64,000 nt of DNA from Planctomycetota bacterium (GCA_037129555.1 JBAXUS010000002.1:15598-79597), one strand, 5' to 3'. Positions 34,322 through 44,515 are shown, counted from the first letter of the stretch. The notes: a model not told the origin generated them from the letters alone. A program made the numbers and translations.

Positions 34322-34432
34322 GCAGGAATGTGAAGACGCCGATTCAATTCCTGCCATTGTGGCGGGTCGAATCGAGTGTCAGTCGGCAATATGGAAGCTG
34401 CCGGCGACTACATTTCAAGGAGGAGCAGCATC

Positions 34433-35236
34433 ATGTCGGGGATCATCAACAACAACTCGAGTGCGAACACGGTCTACAAGAATTTCAGTCGAAACACGAT
34501 GATGCAGTCGAATTCGTTGGAAAGGCTGGCGACCGGTCTAAAGATCAACCGCGCATCGGATGACGCGGCGGGACTGGCGATCAGCGAAACGCTACGGCGC
34601 GAAGTGAAAGACACCAACGTCGCCGTGGACAATATCGCTGCCGCCACGAGCTTTGTCAACGTCGCGGACGGATACTTGCAAACTGTCCATGACGCGCTGG
34701 GACGAATGTCCGAACTGGCCACGCGCGCCGGCGATGCCACGTTGAGCAACACGGACAAGGCTAACGTCAAGACGGAATACGACAAACTGGCTACGGAAAT
34801 TGGGAGTATTGGAACGAACGCCAAATTCAATGGAGCCCAGATTTTTGACGGCAACGCCCGTGCCTTCACGGTCGATGCCAGCGGAAGTCAGTTCTCGATT
34901 TCAGCAACCTCGATGGCGACGCTGACGGCTCCGACGGCCATGGTGGCCAACAGCGACGGCACCGCGGAATTGGCGGCCATCACCACGGCAGTCAATACCA
35001 TTGCGACGCAACGCGCCTCGATGGGTTCGGAGCAGAGTCAGTTGAACTTCAAGTCAACGGCGTTACAGAATTACGCTGAAAATGCGTCCGCAGCGGAAAG
35101 CCGCATCCGCGATGTCGATGTGGCGAAGGAATCCACCAACCTGTCCAAAGCGCAAATCCTGGTGCAGGCGTCAACTGCGATGTTGACCCAGGCCAACCAG
35201 AGTTCCCAAGGCGTGATCGCCTTGCTGCGCGGATAA
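34433..35236 (+). CDS. Flagellin (267 aa), copy 1
   Basis: Flagellin N-terminus (…SLERLATGLKINRASDDAAGLAISETLR…) and C-terminus (…LSKAQILVQASTAMLTQANQSSQGVIALLRG). SD AAGGAGG precedes the ATG at 34433. Confidence 0.9.
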   Translation: MSGIINNNSSANTVYKNFSRNTMMQSNSLERLATGLKINRASDDAAGLAISETLRREVKDTNVAVDNIAAATSFVNVADGYLQTVHDALGRMSELATRAGDATLSNTDKANVKTEYDKLATEIGSIGTNAKFNGAQIFDGNARAFTVDASGSQFSISATSMATLTAPTAMVANSDGTAELAAITTAVNTIATQRASMGSEQSQLNFKSTALQNYAENASAAESRIRDVDVAKESTNLSKAQILVQASTAMLTQANQSSQGVIALLRG

Positions 35237-35749
35237 TCTTGCAGCTCTCCTCGGTGATCACTGAGGAGATATGGCGGGAAGCGGGCCAGGCCGGATGCTT
35301 TATTATAACGCACAAGTCCCGGCTCGCTTCCCTCTTTTTGGGGATGTATCGGACAGTATCCGCATTCAAGACGCCGCACCTCGCGCTGTTGTCTGCGGAT
35401 GTTGTCCAGTGGTTTCCAAATTCACATGGGCCGTACGGGCTGGACTTCGTTTGCCATGTTATGCGTTTGTCCACGTCGTACCCTTGTGTTGGTTTCACTA
35501 CGATAACCATCCCGCGCAGTTCGTTGCAGCACGCCAGCAGCGCTCGCGCCGGACGAATTAATTATCGGAAATGGCGGAGCCACTCAACCCAATACAAGCG
35601 CTCCGCCATGTGTCCGGAATGTGTCGTGCCGGGAGCGAAGTCCGCAAAGAACTCACGCCTTGCCCGGACTTCAGCCCATCGATTTATAAGGAGAAATAGC
35701 ACGACGCCCCTGCGCAAAAAATAGTTTCGAAAATAGTTGACACGGGCTC

Positions 35750-35776
35750 TTAACTAATTCGAACTGGAGTCGATCA
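35750..35776 (+). promoter_or_regulatory. Candidate sigma-28-type promoter for flagellin 2
   Basis: TTAA-N15-GTCGATCA, a 6-of-8 match to GCCGATAA. Lies about 100 nt upstream of the ATG. Weaker match than the other two. Confidence 0.3.
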
Positions 35777-35878
35777 GATCAATGGAAGCGACGGGAACCC
35801 GGCCAATGGGGTTCGGGACCGAAGCCTCTAAAAAATGGCAAGGATGCCAAAAAACACGAACCAAGGAGGGTTCAAATC

Positions 35879-36682
35879 ATGTCAGGAATCATCAACAACA
35901 ACTCGAGTGCTAACACGGTCTACAAGAATTTCAGTCGAAACTCTGCGATGCAGACCAGTTCGATGGAAAAGCTCGCCACCGGTCTGCGCATCAACCGCGC
36001 ATCCGATGACGCGGCGGGACTGGCGATCAGCGAAACGTTACGCCGTGAAATCAAAGACACGAAGGTTGCCGGTGACAATGTCGCCAACGCAACAAACTTC
36101 ATTAACGTCGCCGACGGTTACCTCCAGACAGTGCACGACATCTACGGTCGCATGTCCGAATTGGCGGTTCGAGCGGGTGACGGAACGTTGAGTCCTATCG
36201 ATCAGGCCCACGTCAAAACTGAATACGACGCGCTCAACAGCGAAATCACGAACCTCGCGACGAATGGCAAGTTCAACGGATTGCAGGTGTTCGACGGCAA
36301 TGCGCGCCAATTCACGGTGGATTCAACGGGAGCGACATTCAGTATATCTGCCGGTTCCATGGCCGTGATCACGGCACCAGGTGTGATGGGTGCAGGAAGC
36401 GATGGTACAGCGGAGCTGGCCTTGGTGACCGCGGCTGTGGGTGCAGTCGCGACTCAACGGGCATCGCTCGGAGCAGAGCAGAGCCAGTTGAACTTCAAAA
36501 CAACAGGGCTGGAAAATTATGCCGAAAACGCGGGTGCCTACGAAAGCCGCATTCGCGACGTGGATGTTGCCAAGGAATCAACGAACTTGTCTAAGTCCCA
36601 GATCCTCGTCCAGGCGTCAACCGCGATGTTGACTCAAGCCAACCAAAGCTCCCAAGGTGTTCTGGCGCTCTTGAAGCAGTAA
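35879..36682 (+). CDS. Flagellin (267 aa), copy 2; tandem paralogue of copy 1
   Basis: N-terminal 20 aa identical to copy 1 (MSGIINNNSSANTVYKNFSRN). High identity throughout. C-terminus …LSKSQILVQASTAMLTQANQSSQGVLALLKQ. Confidence 0.9.
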   Translation: MSGIINNNSSANTVYKNFSRNSAMQTSSMEKLATGLRINRASDDAAGLAISETLRREIKDTKVAGDNVANATNFINVADGYLQTVHDIYGRMSELAVRAGDGTLSPIDQAHVKTEYDALNSEITNLATNGKFNGLQVFDGNARQFTVDSTGATFSISAGSMAVITAPGVMGAGSDGTAELALVTAAVGAVATQRASLGAEQSQLNFKTTGLENYAENAGAYESRIRDVDVAKESTNLSKSQILVQASTAMLTQANQSSQGVLALLKQ

Positions 36683-36844
36683 CCGACGGAAAAATAACGG
36701 ATTCGTGCTTCGAGGGCGCGGAGGCCGCGGACTGCAAGAGACACACACTCTTGAACTCCCCAGCCACCGCGCCTTCGGCATGAAATCGGCGCTCGAAAAG
36801 TGGGTGACTTAGCCCTTTCGCGAGACGAAAAGGGACCGGGTTGG

Positions 36845-36860
36845 TGGCACAGGATTTGCG
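36845..36860 (+). promoter_or_regulatory. Sigma-54 promoter for fliD-fliS
   Basis: TGGCACaggatTTGCG is an exact match to the TGGCAC-N5-TTGC consensus. Lies 47 nt upstream of the fliD ATG. Confidence 0.55.
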
Positions 36861-36906
36861 AACGTGCTCCTATCATTGAGGCAACTTTTTCCGATTCAGG
36901 CGCATT

Positions 36907-38406
36907 ATGGCGATCTCAACTTCCTCATCCACCTTGACTGCGAGCTCCTCGCTCCAGACATCTGTCTCGTCCACAGGACAGGTGCACGTAACCGGTTTGA
37001 GCGGTTCGGGAATCGACGTCGAATCGCTTGTACAGGGATTGAAAGCCGCGAATGGCGTCGCGATTACCCGATTGCAAGATCAGCAAACGAAACTGAGAAA
37101 TATCACCACATCGTACCAGACTTTGGGAACGAAATTGAGCACGCTCCAGCAGTCCATTTCAACGCTGAACGATTATACGTTGTACGCTTCAAAAAGTGCC
37201 GATTCCAGCAATACCAGTGCTTTGACCGTTTCCGCTGCCACAACGGCTGCGAGCGCATCGTATGACGTTACCGTGGTCCGTCAAAGTACTGCGACGCGGC
37301 TCTACGGTGGAACCGGGATCACGGCGGGCACGTTGGATTTGACGGCGGGCATGAATTCGTCAGGACTTTCGACGACCGTCATCGGCGGAAGCGGCTCCAT
37401 AACGGGAACGTTGACAATCAATGGAACGCATAACGTCACCTACGATACGTCCGAGTCGTTGAACACGATCATTTCACGCATCAACAATTCCGGATCGGGT
37501 GTAACGGCGATTTACGATCAATTTACCAAAGGCATGGTCCTGACAAACTCCGCCGGAGCTGGACCCGTCGTCGTGACCGACACGGCGGGAAACCTCGGTT
37601 CGGCCTTAAAATTAACTGCGGCGGACAGCCCAACGACCGTGGCCGGGCAGACAGCGCAGATCACGATTGCTGGGTTGAACAATGGGAATCCCATTGAGAG
37701 CAACGACAATGTGTTTAGCGAAACTGAAACAGGTATTACCGGTCTTACTCTGAATGTTACTGGAAGCAGCGGCACTTCCCGCGTGAGCGTATCACCCGAC
37801 GGCACTCCGTTGACAAACGCGTTTGATAGTTTTATCACATCCTATAACGACACTTTGGATTATATCTCGCAGCAAACGCAGGCGACGACCACGACGAGCG
37901 GGTCCACCACGACCTCGACGCCCGGCACCCTGGCCAACGACCCCAATATCCAGTCGCTCAAACAACAAATGCGCAACATTCTCAACACCCGTATCAATAG
38001 TTTACCCAATGGCCTGAACTATTTAGCGGGATTGGGTATTGGCACGGTGGACGCAACAGGAAAACTCAGTGTCACGGATACCATAAAAATCCAAACGGCA
38101 ATGAAAAACGATCCCGGTAGTGTCAAGTCACTGCTGATTGATTTAAGCAGCGGGATCATGACCAAATTTAGCAAATTCGTATCCGCTCAAAATGCGTCGT
38201 CGTCGGGCATGATACACAACAAGGAGCAGAGCCTCGCGGATCAGGTTTCCAAGTTGCAAACGTCCATCACAACGAAAACGAACGCACAGTCCGATTACGA
38301 AACCCGGTTGCGCGCCAGTTTTTCCGCGATGGAAAGTGCGATCGCACGTTCAAAAGCAACCATCAACCAATTGATAGCATCTTTTAGTTCGTCCAGTAAT
38401 AACTAA
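36907..38406 (+). CDS. fliD: Flagellar filament cap protein FliD
   Basis: 499 aa with a Ser/Thr-rich N-terminus. FliD N-terminal region (…GSGIDVESLVQGLKAANGVAITRLQDQQTKL…) and C-terminal coiled coil (…ESAIARSKATINQLIASF…). Confidence 0.85.
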   Translation: MAISTSSSTLTASSSLQTSVSSTGQVHVTGLSGSGIDVESLVQGLKAANGVAITRLQDQQTKLRNITTSYQTLGTKLSTLQQSISTLNDYTLYASKSADSSNTSALTVSAATTAASASYDVTVVRQSTATRLYGGTGITAGTLDLTAGMNSSGLSTTVIGGSGSITGTLTINGTHNVTYDTSESLNTIISRINNSGSGVTAIYDQFTKGMVLTNSAGAGPVVVTDTAGNLGSALKLTAADSPTTVAGQTAQITIAGLNNGNPIESNDNVFSETETGITGLTLNVTGSSGTSRVSVSPDGTPLTNAFDSFITSYNDTLDYISQQTQATTTTSGSTTTSTPGTLANDPNIQSLKQQMRNILNTRINSLPNGLNYLAGLGIGTVDATGKLSVTDTIKIQTAMKNDPGSVKSLLIDLSSGIMTKFSKFVSAQNASSSGMIHNKEQSLADQVSKLQTSITTKTNAQSDYETRLRASFSAMESAIARSKATINQLIASFSSSSNN

Positions 38407-38429
38407 CACTCTAACGGGAGCCGGAAATT

Positions 38430-38852
38430 ATGTCTGAAATTGCCAACGCGTATATGACACTACAGGTTGAATTCAGCAATCCCGGACAGTTGACCGAATT
38501 GTTGTTCCGCAGGGCTATTTGTGATCTAAATTCAGCGATTGAAACCTGGCCTGAATTGGCAACTAATCCGAAGGCTATTTTGCAGATCGTCCACGCCCAA
38601 TCGATCATCAAGGAACTGAATTCGACGCTCAACTTCAAAGAAGGTGGCGAGCTGGCCGTCGAATTGAGTCGGCTTTATGAGTATATACAGCACGTTCTGA
38701 CTGAAACTGTGACCCATCGCGGCGCCGAATTGCCAGCCGACTATTTCAGTGTCATCGAGTTGTTGGAAGAGATCAGCGGTTCATGGTCGGAGATGTTGCG
38801 AAAACAGAACGATCCAGAAGAATCACTGGTCCTCAAGGAGCGTGTGGCATGA
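38430..38852 (+). CDS. fliS: Flagellin-specific chaperone FliS
   Basis: FliS four-helix signature (…LLFRRAICDLNSAIETW…ILQIVHAQSIIKELNSTLNFKEGGELAVELSRLYEYIQHVL…). Confidence 0.9.
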   Translation: MSEIANAYMTLQVEFSNPGQLTELLFRRAICDLNSAIETWPELATNPKAILQIVHAQSIIKELNSTLNFKEGGELAVELSRLYEYIQHVLTETVTHRGAELPADYFSVIELLEEISGSWSEMLRKQNDPEESLVLKERVA

Positions 38853-39190
38853 TCGCTCCATCCCAATTTTGCTCCAAGCACCCCGCCAAAGCCTGCAATT
38901 TGGATGCGGAATTGCTTTCGGCGGTCGAGGCCTGCGTTCTGGCCATCGATTCGCGCGATGAATCCGAACTGCATCGGCAACTGGCCATTCGAGAGCGCTT
39001 GATGGCGCGGTTGCGTGAATTGCTGTTGGAGGACATCGATACCATTGCGAGCCTTAAATTGCTGAAAGAAGCGTCCCAGCTTGAAGCGAAAATGTTTGTT
39101 CGGCTTTATGCCTGGCGCGACGAGGTAGAAGCCCAATTGGATAATCTCGAACATCACCGCAGGCTTGCCAGGGCGTATGAAATGGATTAG
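38849..39190 (+). CDS. Small helical protein after fliS, possibly FliT-like
   Basis: 113-aa all-helical protein whose start overlaps the fliS stop (ATGA). The call rests only on position and size. Confidence 0.35.
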   Translation: MIAPSQFCSKHPAKACNLDAELLSAVEACVLAIDSRDESELHRQLAIRERLMARLRELLLEDIDTIASLKLLKEASQLEAKMFVRLYAWRDEVEAQLDNLEHHRRLARAYEMD

Positions 39191-39363
39191 TGCCGATTTT
39201 AACAGCGCATCGAATTTCAGATAATGTGGGTCCGTGTTTCAAATCGCGAGTTGAATGTCACTCACGGTTCGGAGCGTCGTGCCACACTAAAGCCGCATCT
39301 GGAAACAGACTCTAGACTATTTTAGGAATGAACGGATAGTAGATATTGTGCTGTCCCTGCGGA

Positions 39364-40572
39364 TCAGCCTCCCACCGTGATGCTGACAGACCCCCTCTTT
39401 TTTGAATCACGTACCTGGATGCCGCTGTTGCGTGGCGGGGGGGCCTCTTGTGCCGGGAAGATGACCGTGAACGCGGTGCCGACACCGGTCGTGCTTCGAA
39501 TGCGAAGGGCCCCCTTAAGTTGTTGGACAGCACCCAGAACGGCAGACATGCCCAATCCATGCCCGGTGAATTTAGTTGTAAAGAACGGCTCGAAAATGCG
39601 GGTTTGCGTTTCCTCGTCCATGCCGCAACCGGTGTCGATGATATCGAGGTAGATAAAATTTCCGGGCAGTTTGTCACATTTAAAAAAGTCTTTCAAATAA
39701 CGGGAGTCGGCCTGTACGACGCCTGAACGGATCGTGATGGTGCCGGTGGCATCGCCGATGGCCTGCGCCGCATTGAGGATCAGATTCATGATGATTTGGC
39801 GGATATTGGTCGGATCACATTTGATCAATGGAATTGCCTGCGTCATTTCCCGTCGGAATTCGACCTTTTTACCCACGGAACTTTGGATCAGAGATGTCAT
39901 TTCAGTCACCAATTTATTCAGATCCAGCAGTGCGGAACCCATCTGACCTTTACCAGCGCACGCCATCATTTGCCGCGCCAATTCTGAAGCACGATACGCA
40001 GTCGTAATGATTTCTTCCAATTGATCGACCAACACTGGATCGGGCCGTTTCAATTGTAAGAGTTGCAGCCGCCCAATAATTGCGGCCAAAAGGTTGTTGA
40101 AGTCATGCGCCACGCCAGCAGCCATCAATCCCTGTACTTTGAGTGTTTGCATTTCCGTAAAACGCCGTTCTGCGGTTTCTCTTTCCCGGACGGCTGCAGA
40201 ACGCTCAATGGCGTAGCGAATCATGCGTTCCAATAGCCGGATATCGGGAACATCCTTGCCGATAAAATCCTGTGCACCCTGTTGCACAGCTTTCATCGCC
40301 TGTGCTTCGGATGCGGCGGAAAGAATGAGGATGGGTAAATGGGGCGCTTTCAATTGGACTTCAACAAACGTATCAAGCCCGCGGCTGTCTGGCAGAATCA
40401 AATCGAGAAGGATGACGTCAAATTTGCTTCGAGATAAGAACATTTGCGCTTCGGCTAACGTATGGGCGAATTGAAATGTTATGCCGCCCGTAGATTCAAT
40501 CAGTTGTTTGCTGAGATTGCGGCACACCAGAATATCGTCCTCCACCATCAGGACGCGATAGGAGCGCAGCAT
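39364..40572 (-). CDS. Cytoplasmic hybrid response-regulator/histidine kinase (REC-HisKA-HATPase)
   Basis: Receiver (VLMVEDD…DVILLDLILPD…KDVP), H-box AHDFNNLLAAIIG, N/G boxes (…NLILNAAQAI…DTGCGMDEET…GHGLGMSAVLG…). No TM segments. Start at the internal ATG (MLRSYRVLMVEDD). Confidence 0.8.
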   Translation of the reverse strand: MLRSYRVLMVEDDILVCRNLSKQLIESTGGITFQFAHTLAEAQMFLSRSKFDVILLDLILPDSRGLDTFVEVQLKAPHLPILILSAASEAQAMKAVQQGAQDFIGKDVPDIRLLERMIRYAIERSAAVRERETAERRFTEMQTLKVQGLMAAGVAHDFNNLLAAIIGRLQLLQLKRPDPVLVDQLEEIITTAYRASELARQMMACAGKGQMGSALLDLNKLVTEMTSLIQSSVGKKVEFRREMTQAIPLIKCDPTNIRQIIMNLILNAAQAIGDATGTITIRSGVVQADSRYLKDFFKCDKLPGNFIYLDIIDTGCGMDEETQTRIFEPFFTTKFTGHGLGMSAVLGAVQQLKGALRIRSTTGVGTAFTVIFPAQEAPPPRNSGIQVRDSKKRGSVSITVGG

Positions 40573-41208
40573 TACCGAGGAGTGTCGACGTGTGGTAGCC
40601 ATGGCCTAAGGAGAGCATTTTTGATGCCACATGCGATTCACGATGCTAGCAAGTTTTGCAGCCTATCGGTGAGCAGAAAACGCCGACTTTTCCATTGGCG
40701 CATCTCTCTGGCACACGGATTTATTATGACGATCTGCCACACGACGCACTGAAGCCAATTGCCGACATCGATATGATCTCGATAAGGTCGAGGTAGTTGT
40801 CGCCAATCCATAATTTCCCGATGGGCTCTCAACGAATCTATCACTGTTAAAAATGGCCACGGCCATTTCAGTTTTCTAAAGAAACACTGCTTGAATCTGG
40901 CCACTTGCACAATCGGGGATTGATGATCCGAAACGCATTCGAAGGTGCACGCGGCAAGGTGATCATTGTGATGGTTTTCGATGTGGTATTGCCGCCGGAG
41001 TTTTTCGATCGCATTTCGGATAGCGCTCTACCAGGCCCCAATCACATACTAACTAGTCAGTAGTATATGCTACACTTGGTGCACAGAAAAATGCCTGCAC
41101 GAGTTGCTTATCATTTTTAATCTGGTTTAGATCGAACGTCACTCGTTTCCGCAGGGATTCATTCTTCTTGAGGGGTTTCAAGCGTCGCGCGCGCAACTGC
41201 TCATAAGT

Positions 41209-41620
41209 CTAATTGAATCCGCGCAGACTTTCCATGAACGCATCCAATGCGGCATCAATGGATTCAACTAAGTCGAGGCCGCTGGTGTGCTTTCGAGTGA
41301 TGACAAATTCTCCCGACAAGACACCGTCCGCACAGACAATCACACGAGTGCCGGACAGGATCGACAGCTCAAAGGATTTGTCGGCGCTGTTACGCAATCC
41401 ACAGCTCGGCGCACAACCAGCGGGAAAAGGCATTCCCGGAATCGGCGCGAAGTCCAGGCTGCCGAACAGCCGTGCGCCGGGAATGCGCGTTTGCACGCCG
41501 TTCTCGCCGTAAAGCGTGCCGTCGAGGAGGGCAAAGCGTTCGTTCTTAACGACGAGACCACGGGCGGCGGCGCGGTCGGTCAGGGTGTTGACGACTTCGT
41601 GATGCGAGACCGGTTTCCAG
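41209..41620 (-). pseudogene. 3' remnant of an unidentified gene truncated at its 5' end by the IS630 fragment
   Basis: The open frame continues without a start codon upstream of the annotated GTG, up to the IS junction. Translation reads …ERFALLDGTLYGENGVQTRIPGARLFGSLDFAPIPGMPFPAGCAPSCGL…. No N-terminus is present. Confidence 0.3.
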
Positions 41621-41621
41621 C

Positions 41622-42130
41622 TTAGAGTCGGCTCTGGTACAAGCCGGTAATATCACGAACTTTTTCAGTGAACCACGGATCGGTCGAGAGCTTGAAGGTA
41701 TCAGTCAAATGAGGCTTCAACCCAAATGCGCGCCAGATACGGGCGATGGATGAGCGAGGAACTCCACTGACGCGGCCATGCTGCGCGTGCTCCATTGCGT
41801 GGCATGCGCAGGTTTGGATTCGAGTGTCTTGGTAATAATGTATTCGACTTTGGCGTCGGAGATGGTGCGAGGCTGGCCGGGTCTGGGTTCGTCGGTCAAT
41901 CCAGCCAGATGATGGATTTGAAACCGCTCGCGCCACTTACCTACTGTTTGTGGCGTGACATTCAGACGCTTGGCTTCGTCGCCATTTTTCAGTCTTTCCG
42001 CGCACGTCAGAATAATGCGGGCTCGGACCGCCAGACGCTGCTGGGTGGTGGACCGGCGAGACCAGGAAAGCAGGTTGTCGCGTTCGTCCGCAGAGAGTAC
42101 AACGGGCTTGCAACGAGGTTGATCCGCCAT
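41622..42130 (-). mobile_element. IS630/Tc1-family transposase remnant (frameshifted and C-terminally truncated)
   Basis: HTH N-terminal region (…LSADERDNLLSWSRRSTTQQRLAVRARIILTCAERLKNGDEAKRLNVTPQTVGKWRERF…GQPRTISDAKVEYIITKTL…). Continues in a second frame (…SIARIWRAFGLKPHLTDTFKLSTDPWFTEKVRDITGLY…) and then stops. No DDE domain is present. Confidence 0.7.
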
Positions 42131-42358
42131 AGATCAGATCTCCTTTGTAAGCGATCTGACCTATGACGAGCAAGTTGATAATTAATTCAAGGAATTAACG
42201 AGACAGGACACTAGAAATCAAAGGAATCGAAAAAAACTTTGGTTCTGGAAAAAAGGATGGTAGGCTGTATGGATATGGAGTGGTGAAGAGGATCCGGGAA
42301 TGAGCAGAGCCTGTTCAACAATGCTCAACACCCAGTCCTCGAGCTCCAGGTTCAAACC

Positions 42359-44515
42359 ATGGAGGGACTTATTACCTTGTCGAAAAGCGGATACTTCGAT
42401 CTTGGACTGGGAGTCTCAACGACGGGAGCAACCCGTGTCCTGCATGTTGAAGACAAAGCCGACGATGACCTGTTGTTCAAGGCCACGCTTGGGGGAAATG
42501 GGGCTTCCGGACTTTTTTGTTTAAATAATGTGCCTCGCCTGGCTGATGCGTTTGATTTCATGACGCATTCGGATGTGGACATTGTCCTATTGGACTTGAA
42601 TTTGCCCGACAGTTGCGGGATCGAAACATTCGAAAAGCTGCACGCAGAATTTCCGTCGGTGCCGGTCATTATTTTGAGCGGGCACGAAACCGAAATGATC
42701 GCCACCATAGCGGTGAAAAAAGGCGCTCAAGATTATCTCGTCAAGGACGAGATCAATCAAAAAGCATTGATCCGATCCATCCGTTACGCCATCGAACGCA
42801 ATCACGCTGCGCGTCAGGCTGCCTATGAAAGACGGTTGCTTTCAATGATGATGGAGAACATACCTGATCGCATTTACTTCAAAGACGAGCACAGCCGCTT
42901 CGTGAGCGCCAGTCGTTCGCTTGCGGAATTCTATAATATCCCCGACTCCAAAGCCTTGATTGGAAAGTCCGATTTCGACAGTTTCACGAACGAATACGCG
43001 CAGCCGGCGTTCGATGACGAACAGGAAATTATACGAACCGGCAAACCCATGATCGGAAAGATCGAGAGGGAAACGTTGCTCGATGGCCGGGTCTGCTGGG
43101 CACTGACAACCAAAATGCCGCTGCGTGAGGACGGTGGGAAGATTGTTGGCACTTTCGGAATTACCAAAGACATCACCGAACTGTTTGAAATCAAACAAAC
43201 GCTCGATGAGGAGCGCAATCTGCTTCGGCGCCTGATTGACAGCCTGCCCGATCATATTTATGTGAAGGATTTGGAATGCCGTTTTAAACTCTGCAACGAA
43301 GCGGTGGCGGCGTTTTTCGGATTGACGTCCCCCAATGAAATATTCGGCAAGAAAGATTCCGATTTCTTTTCCCGCGAATTGGCTGCGACGTTTTTGGAGG
43401 AGGACCACCTCATCCTGAAAAAAGGCCAATGCGTGAACCGGGAATATGAATCCAGGGATAAAACCGGGGACACACGCTTCATGATGACCACCAAAGTGCC
43501 ATTGAGGGACGCTCATGGCGCCATCGTCGGTTTGGTGGGCATCAACCGCGATGTCACTGCGCTCAAAACGTTCAACGATCAGCTTCGAGCCGCCAATGAG
43601 AACCTTGAAAAAGCCCTGACCGATGTCAAAAAATCGCGGGAAGAATTGGAAGAAGCGCATGCGCAGATTTTGGATGGAGAAAAACTGAAATTGACCGGGC
43701 GAATGGCCGCTGGAATTGCACACGAAGTTAAAAATCCATTGGCGATTATCGGCATGGGAATGGAATGCCTGTCGCAATCCATTCCCATGGATGATCCGGC
43801 CGTCACGGAGATCATCAAGGATATTAATGATGCGATTCAGCGCGCAAATCTGGTGATTGGCGACTTGCTCGATTTTTCAAAACCGCGGTCGCTGGCATTG
43901 AAGCCCAACGACCTCAACACGATAATCGAACAATCGCTGCTGTTCGTCCGACACGAATTGAATATAAAGCATATCCACATGGTCAAAAGATTGTCGGTGC
44001 AGTTGCCAGCGTTGAACCTGGATGCGGGCCGTATCAAGCAAGTCTTTGTCAATCTCTTTATGAATGCGATTCACGCCATGCCGGACAAAGGGCAATTGAC
44101 GGTGAGCACGTTCGTCATGCCGGCTGCGGAATTCGTCGAACGGAATTGCAAGCCGAGCCGCGATTCGATACGATTCAGTACGGCGAAAAAAACTGGCACC
44201 CCAGCCATCATCACCAAGTCGGAGAGCGGCGAATCGGTCCGCATTACGCAAGCGTTTAAGAACAGTGGTCTAGCGGTGGTCGCCCGTGTCGAGGACAACG
44301 GGACGGGAATACCCGAGCAAAATCTGACGAGCATTTTCGAACCGTTCTTTACGACCAAGCTGAGCGGCAAGGGACATGGCCTGGGCTTGCCGGTCACCAA
44401 ACAAATTGTGGATTTGCATGGCGGCCTGATTGAGCTTAAAAATGGTTCTTACGTTGGAGTGTGCGCTACGGTCGCGTTCCTGGCAGAGGGTGATGAAAAA
44501 GGAGGATCGGTATGA
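42359..44515 (+). CDS. Cytoplasmic hybrid sensor kinase: REC, three PAS-like domains, HisKA, HATPase
   Basis: N-terminal receiver (…DVDIVLLDLNLPD…), PAS-like repeats, H-box HEVKNPLAII, and an ATPase domain (…NLFMNAIHAM…DNGTGIPEQ…GHGLGLPV…). No TM segments. Confidence 0.85.
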   Translation: MEGLITLSKSGYFDLGLGVSTTGATRVLHVEDKADDDLLFKATLGGNGASGLFCLNNVPRLADAFDFMTHSDVDIVLLDLNLPDSCGIETFEKLHAEFPSVPVIILSGHETEMIATIAVKKGAQDYLVKDEINQKALIRSIRYAIERNHAARQAAYERRLLSMMMENIPDRIYFKDEHSRFVSASRSLAEFYNIPDSKALIGKSDFDSFTNEYAQPAFDDEQEIIRTGKPMIGKIERETLLDGRVCWALTTKMPLREDGGKIVGTFGITKDITELFEIKQTLDEERNLLRRLIDSLPDHIYVKDLECRFKLCNEAVAAFFGLTSPNEIFGKKDSDFFSRELAATFLEEDHLILKKGQCVNREYESRDKTGDTRFMMTTKVPLRDAHGAIVGLVGINRDVTALKTFNDQLRAANENLEKALTDVKKSREELEEAHAQILDGEKLKLTGRMAAGIAHEVKNPLAIIGMGMECLSQSIPMDDPAVTEIIKDINDAIQRANLVIGDLLDFSKPRSLALKPNDLNTIIEQSLLFVRHELNIKHIHMVKRLSVQLPALNLDAGRIKQVFVNLFMNAIHAMPDKGQLTVSTFVMPAAEFVERNCKPSRDSIRFSTAKKTGTPAIITKSESGESVRITQAFKNSGLAVVARVEDNGTGIPEQNLTSIFEPFFTTKLSGKGHGLGLPVTKQIVDLHGGLIELKNGSYVGVCATVAFLAEGDEKGGSV

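Noticed and set aside
35049-35724. ORF-track entries 35239..35724(+), 35049..35510(-) and 35271..35561(+) in the flagellin spacer
   Set aside because: They overlap one another and the flagellin 3' end, show low-complexity R/S-rich translations, and have no RBS or family resemblance. Treated as non-coding.
42842-43777. 311-aa minus-strand ORF antisense to the PAS histidine kinase
   Set aside because: Shadow ORF with no motifs, lying inside a gene that has complete kinase signatures.
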